Virus record (IMG/VR): IMGVR_UViG_2529292751_000006
Location: 1 to 64,000 of that record
Strand: one strand, 5' to 3'
Length of the DNA stretch: 64,000 nt
Source: a virus
Lineage: Duplodnaviria; Caudoviricetes
The notes under the pieces are model-generated. The model saw nothing but the letters and a program-made list of their open reading frames with translations, was not told where the DNA came from and ran no database searches. Below are positions 56,452 through 64,000 of this stretch, piece by piece (position 1 is the stretch's first letter; each line of letters opens with the position of its first letter). The position numbers and the translations under genes were made by a program.

Positions 56452-57075
56452 TTAAAGAGTATTATCGTAAGACGTGATAACGTAATAGTATTTTGTACTA
56501 TTTTCAATAGTTGAATCTTCAAATGTTGCTTCAGTTGTACCAGCTGTGCCGATTTTTGTATATTCTGTTCCATCTTTTGTAGAACGATAAATATTATAAC
56601 CTGCAAGGTTTTCATTAAGTTCTGCATCAGATTCATTTTTGATTGATTGCCAATCAAGTCGAATCTTACCATCAAACCCTGTAGCTGTAAGGCCTGTTGG
56701 AACAGAAGGAATTGTTTTCACTTCTAATTCCGCTGATTTTTCACCTTCTTGTGGTAATGCTTCATCATCAAATGCAGCAACAGCATAAATATAAGTTGCA
56801 CCATCTTTCATACCAGTATCAGTGTATGTAGTTGTTGAAGCATTAACAGAGCCAACTAATGCAAACGTTCCACCTGATGTTTTCTTTCTAAAGATGCGAT
56901 AACCTTGTAAATCATCAATTACAGTATCATCAGCATTCTTTGTAACAGCAGACCAAGTTAGATTTACTTTACCTTGGTTTACAGTATAAGCTAATCCTGT
57001 TGCTTTACCTGGAGCAACACTATCACCAGCTGTAGCAAAGGCTTGAACAGAATATAAGGATTCTAAAGCACTCAT
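56452..57075 (-). CDS. Tandem fibronectin type III protein
   Basis: Two repeats of P..GL....V.L.W...L.GY.I.R...D.......Y.Y.V; RBS GAGGTG before ATG 57075. Confidence 0.88.
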   Translation of the reverse strand: MSALESLYSVQAFATAGDSVAPGKATGLAYTVNQGKVNLTWSAVTKNADDTVIDDLQGYRIFRKKTSGGTFALVGSVNASTTTYTDTGMKDGATYIYAVAAFDDEALPQEGEKSAELEVKTIPSVPTGLTATGFDGKIRLDWQSIKNESDAELNENLAGYNIYRSTKDGTEYTKIGTAGTTEATFEDSTIENSTKYYYVITSYDNTL

Positions 57076-57107
57076 TACTTTCACCTCTTATTTGTATTTT
57101 ATATATG

Positions 57108-57605
57108 TTAAGCTACATTTTCATAGCTAAACAGTTTTGTTAAGTATGGTGATGCCGCCAATTGTCCAGGAGTTACATCTCCATCTTCACAATTCGGAAC
57201 AAGATCAATTCCAATATCGTTATAAATGTTATCAACAATTTCTGAGCAAACAACTTTATTTGCTTCTTCAAAAACCGTAGAAGTATGAAACACCTTTTGC
57301 AATGCAAATGAAATAATATGTCTCCAATCATAACCTTTATTAAGTTTTGCTCTTCGAATTGCTTGTTTAATAATTTTTATTCTTTGCTCACCAGTAAGTC
57401 CCTTTGTATAACGATAAATATCGTATACTTCATGTTTCATAGGGCGTATAGCTAGGTCTTTATTAATATCAATTTCTAATATTAAATCCGCTGCCACTAT
57501 CAGCCCAACATGTGTATAATCTGAGCCTGTAACCCACCTTATTAATCTAGAGATAATAGGTGTATTGCCTTTCACTAAAACAATATCTCCTGTTTGTAGC
57601 TTCAC
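57108..57605 (-). CDS. Permuted papain-like NlpC/P60 enzyme (YaeF/YiiX, C92 family)
   Basis: GDIVLV, YTHVGL, GYDW, VCSEIV, TP; His precedes the catalytic Cys. Confidence 0.88.
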   Translation of the reverse strand: MKLQTGDIVLVKGNTPIISRLIRWVTGSDYTHVGLIVAADLILEIDINKDLAIRPMKHEVYDIYRYTKGLTGEQRIKIIKQAIRRAKLNKGYDWRHIISFALQKVFHTSTVFEEANKVVCSEIVDNIYNDIGIDLVPNCEDGDVTPGQLAASPYLTKLFSYENVA

Positions 57606-57635
57606 AGAATAACCTCCCTCCTGCGATTCTAATAA

Positions 57636-57664
57636 ATTATATACTGATTAAACTCTACATACAA
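57636..57664 (-). promoter_or_regulatory. SigA-like promoter TTGTAT-17-TATAAT
   Basis: -35 at 57659-57664, -10 at 57636-57641, upstream of RBS AGGAGG. Confidence 0.55.
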
Positions 57665-57683
57665 AATGCATAGGAAGCCATTG

Positions 57684-58130
57684 TCAGACAGTTCCCATGA
57701 TATTTTGCTTCCTAGCTATATGTTCTTTTCTATTTTCTAATATTTCTTTCGCTTTTGCTTCTGCATATCCCATATAGTCAAATAACCAATCAGATTTAGC
57801 AAGGGATGTATCTGTGATTTGATGCATACTTGCTATATGTTCTAAATTCTGTTCGATTTCTTTCTCATCCACTGAGAGACTCAAACCATTTACTTTTTTA
57901 TTCATTATTCGCATAAAGCCAAACAAAACAAACTCTAGTGTGGATGATCCTATGTTAGGATTTATTTTTTCTGAAGCCATATTGAATAATATCTGATTTA
58001 CTTTTATTTGTTCTTCTTCAGATAGATTATTAAAGTTTTCTGCATTAATTTCTCCTGACAGAATCCTAGATTCTAGCGTCTCTTCTTTTCTTACATCATC
58101 TGATACAAATGAAATACGTTCTCTAACCAT
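57684..58130 (-). CDS. Hypothetical helical protein
   Basis: 148-aa ORF with RBS AAGGAG. Confidence 0.7.
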   Translation of the reverse strand: MVRERISFVSDDVRKEETLESRILSGEINAENFNNLSEEEQIKVNQILFNMASEKINPNIGSSTLEFVLFGFMRIMNKKVNGLSLSVDEKEIEQNLEHIASMHQITDTSLAKSDWLFDYMGYAEAKAKEILENRKEHIARKQNIMGTV

Positions 58131-58149
58131 ACTTAATCTCTCCTTTGTT

Positions 58150-59241
58150 TTATGCCCATGTTAATGAGTAGTTCTCTAGTTCCACATTAGCTGGCAATTC
58201 TATCTTCAATTTTAATTTCTTTCCTTTTGGGTGAGCTTTATCATCAAATATGAAAAGCTCCTCAGGTAAAATCGCTATCCAAGTTTCACCGTTATCACGA
58301 GAAATATAATAATTTATGTTCTTGGTGCTTTCAGGGATTTCTGCGCCCATCATTTCTATTTCGGCAATATTCGGTAAGGTATGCTCTCCAGAAATTTCAG
58401 TAATCAATAATCTATAATATTTAAAAGCACTTCTATTTTCAAGAATATACTCCTTCTTTTCTCTTTTATTAAATTTGGTGCCTTCAACCAAATGAAGATC
58501 GCTATATTCCTTTCCGTTAATACTCCCTTGGAATTTCCAGCTAACTGGATGAAAGCTATCAGAGTTCGCTTCACCTTTAATAGTATACTTGCCAATTACA
58601 GTTAATCCTGTGAATTTATAACCAATCCAGCTTGGATCAGGTCCGTAAACAAAATTAGCGCCCCATATTGAATCAACATTCCCATCAAAAGCCTCATATG
58701 CAGAAGTATGAGGTTTTTCTCCTTGATTTGTATTACTAGCAAACGCTTCTCCAGAAGGAGTTATATTGGAAGTCATTTTTGGGATTAAGTTCTTATCTGA
58801 AGATGCAGAGGCTTCTTTTACATTAGCGATTAAAATAAGCTTAGAAGGAATACTCTCCAACTCTTCAGTAGTTGTTTCAATAACACATTCTTCAGTTGCT
58901 ATTAATGACCCTTGCTCAGGATTATGAATATAACCTTTACTCTTTTCTGCATCAATTCCACTTACATCTAATAGATCATCAAACATCATATTTTGCATAT
59001 TGTATTTTAGAGTTTTAGCAATGCTATTTAATTTAACATGTGCCTTCATAATGTTTACCGCATCATGAACAATAAGCTTATTTGCTCTTAATGACAAACC
59101 TTCTAAGTATTTTTCTAAACTATCAATACGCTCTTTTACGTTTATAAATTTACCTTCTACACCAGAAGATAATGTTTGATTACGTAAGCTGGATTCTGCA
59201 TCTTTTGTTTTATTCGCAATACCATAACTAATAGTATCCAT
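58150..59241 (-). CDS. Discoidin (F5/8 type C)-domain protein, paralog family B
   Basis: AYEAFDG..WIGYKF..PVSWKFQGS..YYRL..IAEIEM; ends YSLTWA. Confidence 0.8.
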   Translation of the reverse strand: MDTISYGIANKTKDAESSLRNQTLSSGVEGKFINVKERIDSLEKYLEGLSLRANKLIVHDAVNIMKAHVKLNSIAKTLKYNMQNMMFDDLLDVSGIDAEKSKGYIHNPEQGSLIATEECVIETTTEELESIPSKLILIANVKEASASSDKNLIPKMTSNITPSGEAFASNTNQGEKPHTSAYEAFDGNVDSIWGANFVYGPDPSWIGYKFTGLTVIGKYTIKGEANSDSFHPVSWKFQGSINGKEYSDLHLVEGTKFNKREKKEYILENRSAFKYYRLLITEISGEHTLPNIAEIEMMGAEIPESTKNINYYISRDNGETWIAILPEELFIFDDKAHPKGKKLKLKIELPANVELENYSLTWA

Positions 59242-59256
59242 TTAGCACCATCCTTT

Positions 59257-60675
59257 CTATAGCCATGAGTATGAAATTGCATGAAGCTCTTTTCTGTTTT
59301 TTAGAACGACCTTAACAAGTAATTCTTTACCCTCTGGGAGTTTATCTAAACTAACAAGCTTATCTTTCTCAATCCTCATCCATGAATCATTATTACGAGA
59401 TACATAATATTCTAGACTATCTTCTACATTATCTTCAGTAACTGATGACAATAAAAACAGTGTAGGAATAGTCTCTATAGACTCAACGGTTGTAATCAAT
59501 ATAGCTGCCTGTGTCTTGTCCTTTGGCGTTACTTTATGATTTTGCTGATCATGAATAACATTCTTTGAATTTATCAAATCAATGCCAGTGCTATCACCAA
59601 AATCATCTATAATCATATCTTTCATGTTATAACGCTTTTTATCCAAAAGTGAATTTACTCTTAAATTATGTTTATTGAGATTTATATGGATATTCGTTTC
59701 TAAGTCTGATACACGATTAGGCAATGGACGATTCTGATAAGAGATTGCCACATTATTAAACTTATAGGCTTTATCAAGAACAGTGACTTGTATTTGTAAG
59801 TCCTTTGAAAACTTACTTACTATTTCAAAACTATCTCCTACATCAATAAAATCATCTGTTGTTTTTACAGACACTTTTACTTTGTCTCTTGGTAATTCTG
59901 CTGCTACATCATTATCAAAGTAAAACTCCAATTCATCAATATTAACAGGAAAGACTTCGCCCTCTTGGAGCCCATTTGTTTCTGAAACCCAAAGTACATA
60001 GGCCCTGTATTCTGAATTGTTTTTAAAAGAGTACTCTCTTTCTTCATACTCACCCCAGTTCACTTGATTTACTTGTTTATCAAGGTCAATCCATTCATTA
60101 GTACCTAACGGTAGCCCTCTAAATATCCAGCTCTTTGGTGATTGATTTACATACTGCGGATTATTTCGAGCTCTGATTTTATACTTATTTACAACTTTTG
60201 TTATAGTTGCCCACTCATACATAATATAATGTGGAAGAGCTGCATTCTCAGCTGATTGCCATCCTCTTCCTTCGTTTCTCATCCCATCAAATGCTTTAGC
60301 AGGATTATAGTTGTCACCAACGCTTCTAGATGAACTCGCACTAACAATTCCACCTTTTGCTAGGTTTTCGCTTTTTGACATTAATGATCCTGTAACTTTT
60401 AATGCTTCTAACTCCAATGCATCTTCTCCTAAATGAATTATATTAGAAGTCCAAACACCATTAGTGATGCTACCTTCTTGAGCTGAAACAACCTTAATTT
60501 TATCAATCAATCCTTGTCGCTTCTTTTCTAATTCATCTATACGAGCTTTAACATTAGCAAAGGTCCCTTTTACATCTTTGTCTCCATTTTTGTAGTCACC
60601 TGTACCTAGACGCTTATTCAGTGAATCTAGATTCTTCCTTCCTTGCATTGCTTTAGAATAACTTACAATATCCAT
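59257..60675 (-). CDS. Discoidin-domain protein, paralog family B
   Basis: PAKAFDG..W..LPHYI..PKSWIFRG..YRAY..IDELEF; ends ISYSWL. Confidence 0.8.
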   Translation of the reverse strand: MDIVSYSKAMQGRKNLDSLNKRLGTGDYKNGDKDVKGTFANVKARIDELEKKRQGLIDKIKVVSAQEGSITNGVWTSNIIHLGEDALELEALKVTGSLMSKSENLAKGGIVSASSSRSVGDNYNPAKAFDGMRNEGRGWQSAENAALPHYIMYEWATITKVVNKYKIRARNNPQYVNQSPKSWIFRGLPLGTNEWIDLDKQVNQVNWGEYEEREYSFKNNSEYRAYVLWVSETNGLQEGEVFPVNIDELEFYFDNDVAAELPRDKVKVSVKTTDDFIDVGDSFEIVSKFSKDLQIQVTVLDKAYKFNNVAISYQNRPLPNRVSDLETNIHINLNKHNLRVNSLLDKKRYNMKDMIIDDFGDSTGIDLINSKNVIHDQQNHKVTPKDKTQAAILITTVESIETIPTLFLLSSVTEDNVEDSLEYYVSRNNDSWMRIEKDKLVSLDKLPEGKELLVKVVLKNRKELHAISYSWL

Positions 60676-60696
60676 TGTTTCACTCCTTTCTTTTTG

Positions 60697-61755
60697 TTAA
60701 GCCCAAGCATAAGAGATTGCTGTTAAGGTTGCTGAATCTGTTGGCAAATTAATGCGGATTTTAAGTTGTTTACCAGATTGTGTTGAGATATCTATTACAT
60801 CCCCTGATTGAAAGGCATTCCAAGTACTTCCGTTATCTAAAGAATATTGGAATGTGCATTCTTGATGATCTGCTGTTATGACAAGTGTTTTGCGATATAC
60901 TGGTAACTCTTCTGTATCCGTCTCTATCATACCAGTTCCACGATATAATTTATCTTCTGAATTATAGAGATAATGCTGTGAAATGCTTGCTGCAAATTGC
61001 TTTTCAGTTTCTGTATAAGCTAGTATCTTAGAATTACTCGGGAGTGCTTTCCATTGTTCCTCTGTAATGCTATTTAATGAAAACATACCATGGTCTTTAA
61101 ACATTTCGTATGTGACTGGTGCTGTGCCTACATCTTCCCATATGCTATTAATTTTTTTGATTATATTTTCAGATTGAATGAGAAACATTTGGATATTAGG
61201 TATTTTCACGTCATTATATAATCCGACTGGATCATTTGATACATCTGCGAATTTAGAATCAATATTATTAATCTTGAACCCTGTTATTCCAAGTTCAGTA
61301 AATCTGACTTCGCTACTTCCTGACCCAATACTAATTCCCCCGTTATCTTTAAAGTAATAGCGAATACCATTACAAAATATCCAACAGTCAATAGGACCAT
61401 AAATCATTCTAACTTTGTCCTCATTGTTGTTTTCTACTCGTTTCCATTGATTTGTATCTGTATCACGGTATTCGACATAGGTAATAAAATCCTCCTTCCC
61501 AAGACCCTCATCAGGCCATCCATATGGTTTGATTTTTGTAATAAGAACAGGAAAATCAAACTCAATTCCCATCCAAGCAGAAGTGGCTTCTCTTGCAAAC
61601 CAAAAAGAACGATCAGAAGTACTTTTGTTCCCATCATTTAATGAAGACGGATTATAACTGCTGCTTGTAACCCATGGTGGTGATGATTTTGCTACGCCTA
61701 TTGTTTGCAAATTATCATCATATATTTCCTTGTCATTAAAATCAATACGTGACAT
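60697..61755 (-). CDS. Discoidin-like protein, paralog family B
   Basis: LNDG..FW..WMGIEF..FTEL; YSLDNGSTW; ends ISYAWA. Confidence 0.75.
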   Translation of the reverse strand: MSRIDFNDKEIYDDNLQTIGVAKSSPPWVTSSSYNPSSLNDGNKSTSDRSFWFAREATSAWMGIEFDFPVLITKIKPYGWPDEGLGKEDFITYVEYRDTDTNQWKRVENNNEDKVRMIYGPIDCWIFCNGIRYYFKDNGGISIGSGSSEVRFTELGITGFKINNIDSKFADVSNDPVGLYNDVKIPNIQMFLIQSENIIKKINSIWEDVGTAPVTYEMFKDHGMFSLNSITEEQWKALPSNSKILAYTETEKQFAASISQHYLYNSEDKLYRGTGMIETDTEELPVYRKTLVITADHQECTFQYSLDNGSTWNAFQSGDVIDISTQSGKQLKIRINLPTDSATLTAISYAWA

Positions 61756-62598
61756 TTATTTCACCTCTACTTTCTTTATATTTGTTATGGATGCAAGATT
61801 TAATTCAGACACCTTACCTGATCCTAATTTTACTGTATTAGAAAACGTAACTTCTCGCTTTTCTTCTCCTGCACCTGAAGAAGAAATAATTTTCATATTA
61901 TCCGTTTCAAACGTATCTATTACCATGTCATGCATTTTATATTTTTCTGATTTAAGTAATGCATTACTTTTGAAATTGAGTTTTGCCATATTAATTGCAT
62001 TAATTCGTTCTAGCTCTTTTAAACGCCCTTCAATCGTTAAGCTATTTGTTTCAATTTTAATGCTATGTAATTTGGGTGAGTTGCTTACAACTGGCACTGT
62101 CTCATATGATAATTTATCAATTAATAACGTATCTGTAACTGCATTTAAATCTAAATAATATGCTAAACGTAACTTCATTTCAGATAAAAAGGGCTTCCAT
62201 GCTACCTGTGTAATGCCATTAAATGTAGCAATATCCATACCTTTTGACTTTACATCATCTAGGTCATTTATATCAACAGAACTCCAAGATAATCCATTAA
62301 ATGCTTTCCATGTTGTGCCACTGTCATTAGACGCAATAATCTTGAGGACACTTTCATTTTGTACAGTTCCCGTTAATGTAAAGGATTTAATAGGCTTCTC
62401 AAATATCATATCTGTTTCTTGCAGAATTAATTGTTGCTTTGGTATAGCAGTTACATTTACAGACGCACTATTAATGCTTGTATCTTTCGTGAGAACTAGT
62501 ATTTTAATATTATCTGATTCTAATTGATTCCATGCTGATTCAGGTATTACACTTAAATCTGTCATACCATGTTGCTTAAATTCATCTACTGTGGGCAT
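61756..62598 (-). CDS. Fibre-associated protein, paralog family B
   Basis: ATG 62598 is 7 nt after AAGGAGG; FKQHGM, SNDSGTTW, KYKMHDMVIDTF. Confidence 0.75.
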   Translation of the reverse strand: MPTVDEFKQHGMTDLSVIPESAWNQLESDNIKILVLTKDTSINSASVNVTAIPKQQLILQETDMIFEKPIKSFTLTGTVQNESVLKIIASNDSGTTWKAFNGLSWSSVDINDLDDVKSKGMDIATFNGITQVAWKPFLSEMKLRLAYYLDLNAVTDTLLIDKLSYETVPVVSNSPKLHSIKIETNSLTIEGRLKELERINAINMAKLNFKSNALLKSEKYKMHDMVIDTFETDNMKIISSSGAGEEKREVTFSNTVKLGSGKVSELNLASITNIKKVEVK

Positions 62599-62610
62599 AT
62601 TCATTCCTCC

Positions 62611-63999
62611 TTATATGGTTTGCCATGTGTTATTTTTATATGTTTTTATTATATCACCCTCTTGAATAAGTAATAATTGTTTTCGTACAGTAAATACTGC
62701 ACTTTCTTGATATGCAGATGCGGATGATTTATCATCTACTGCTCGTACTCTTATTCTAGCATTTGTAATATTCAATCCATCGGGAAGCTTATATTCTATT
62801 GATACATCCGTTATCTTTGCAACAATTGACACCCAAGAAGAACCGTTGTAGAAATCTACATCGTATGTAATTGCATCCCCCTCTGGATCCGTAGATGCAT
62901 CCCATGATACTGTAATGGTTTCACCTGTTAGGTATACACTATTTGTGCTTGCTGTTACTTTTAGATTTGTTGGCACTGTCGGTGGCATACTTCCTAATTC
63001 AACAAGTTGAATTTTAACATATCCATCACCAGATTTTCCTGTTGTTGCAGATGTGTTTTCCCCAGATATATAGGAACCACCACCGCCACCTCCATATCCA
63101 TCATTGTAACCGCCGCCACCTCCAGAGTAGCCACCACCGCCGCCGCCAGGATAATTACCATTACCACCACCACCGCCAAATCCACCTACACTTGCGTCAG
63201 AACGTGCATAACCACCCAGTCCACCATTAATAAAAGCTTGTCCACCTTGTACAATGCTATTTTTTCCATCCGCTTTCCCCCAGCTTACAACTGTCTGTGT
63301 TGCATATTCAACAGATTGTCCCTCACTATAAAAGCCACCACCGGATCCAGCAGGATAACGTCCAGAAGGAACTGATTTCCCTCCTTGTCCTGATGAACCT
63401 CCATACGGAGTCGTCGAACCGTAAGATGATGACCCAGAAGTAGATGTACTTCCATCTCTTCCGTATCCATTAGTATTATCATTAGAACCGCCACCACCAC
63501 CACCGCCGACAATCAATGGTATAGTCGATGATAAAACACTCCCTTTGGCTACGAAACTGCCACCACCGCCACCACCACCTTGCGGATAGCCCATGCCTTG
63601 CTGTCCTACTAATACTTGAATTACGTCACCTTGTTTTAGTTCAATTTTCCCACTAGCAATTGCACCATATCCACCCCTTGCAGTAAGGCTTGAATTTGAT
63701 GTTTTCCCACCTTGTGCGCCTGCTGCTGTAATCTGATATTTCCCACTCATAGGAACTATCCATTTCATAATTGTCCCTGAACGACCAGTAGACGTTGGGT
63801 TGAAATGAAGAGTATCATTTAATGCTAGTGCTTCTGGGTATTTAGTTACACCAGAATTTAAAGTATTAACTGTATGTGTTGTCATGATTTCCTCCACTTT
63901 GTAAGAGTAATAAGCCGAGAACATTGTTCCTGTTCTTCCCCAGTATACCGTTGCATTTGCAGGAACTACTACACGGATTGCTTCTCTTGTATCTAGTCT
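62611..63999 (-). CDS. Glycine-rich (polyglycine II-type) domain + FN3-like protein, candidate receptor-binding adhesin; probably 5'-truncated by the window
   Basis: AAGAQGG..GGYGA..VLVGQQG..GGGGGGS..GGFGGGG..GGGGGYSGG; WDASTDPEGD Ig/FN3 motif; frame is open to the window end, with an alternative start at 63885. Confidence 0.8.
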   Translation of the reverse strand, partial: RLDTREAIRVVVPANATVYWGRTGTMFSAYYSYKVEEIMTTHTVNTLNSGVTKYPEALALNDTLHFNPTSTGRSGTIMKWIVPMSGKYQITAAGAQGGKTSNSSLTARGGYGAIASGKIELKQGDVIQVLVGQQGMGYPQGGGGGGGSFVAKGSVLSSTIPLIVGGGGGGGSNDNTNGYGRDGSTSTSGSSSYGSTTPYGGSSGQGGKSVPSGRYPAGSGGGFYSEGQSVEYATQTVVSWGKADGKNSIVQGGQAFINGGLGGYARSDASVGGFGGGGGNGNYPGGGGGGYSGGGGGYNDGYGGGGGGSYISGENTSATTGKSGDGYVKIQLVELGSMPPTVPTNLKVTASTNSVYLTGETITVSWDASTDPEGDAITYDVDFYNGSSWVSIVAKITDVSIEYKLPDGLNITNARIRVRAVDDKSSASAYQESAVFTVRKQLLLIQEGDIIKTYKNNTWQTI

Positions 64000-64000
64000 G

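Noticed and set aside
56298-56675. 125-aa minus-strand ORF overlapping the FN3 gene
   Set aside because: Alternative frame running through a terminator and promoter
902-63375. All plus-strand ORFs in the track
   Set aside because: Short, antisense to well-supported minus-strand genes, with no RBS or motif noticed; treated as shadow ORFs
58150-63999. Genome-wide stop-codon reassignment suggested by in-frame gene runs
   Set aside because: TAA, TAG and TGA all end conserved or RBS-delimited genes, and conserved enzymes are full length under the standard code
28393-64000. Diversity-generating retroelement or invertible shufflon acting on the adhesin genes
   Set aside because: No reverse transcriptase, recombinase, near-identical template/variable repeat pair or inverted cassette noticed in the window
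1-64000. tRNA, rRNA, IS elements, integrase or att sites
   Set aside because: Intergenic gaps are short and none showed a cloverleaf, transposase or recombinase; this was a visual check only

Overview
AT-rich window in which every credible gene is on the minus strand. It looks like part of a large Bacillus-type phage or plasmid-prophage genome; no capsid, terminase, integrase, tRNA, rRNA or CRISPR array is recognisable. The left arm (1-28.3 kb) holds replication, nucleotide-metabolism, regulatory and scattered lysis genes: guanylate kinase, amidase endolysin, dUTPase, DnaE, a RemA homolog, two Cas4/AddB-like Fe-S proteins, a sigma-like factor, RusA, a subtilase, dCMP deaminase, class Ib NrdEF, a holin, a DnaB-like helicase, an AEP primase and a Rad52/Sak-like annealase with a frameshifted Gln-rich tail. 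The right arm (28.4-64 kb) is a cluster of large, internally paralogous, probably baseplate/fibre proteins with discoidin, thrombospondin-C-like, PA14, vWA-like, FN3 and polyglycine domains. Signals the gene list does not explain: (1) a 14-bp palindrome TGWAATGCATTWCA found at least 10 times, mostly intergenic and often just downstream of a TATAAT box, suggesting an undescribed genome-wide operator regulon; (2) a shared N-terminal M-E-L-[VIAT]-x-x-Y leader on seven otherwise unrelated proteins; (3) a four-hairpin structured element upstream of the helicase; (4) a frameshift in the annealase and a domain split by an in-frame stop in the fibre genes. All product calls come from motif recognition by eye; no database search was run. 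Several starts were moved to the codon with the best RBS.
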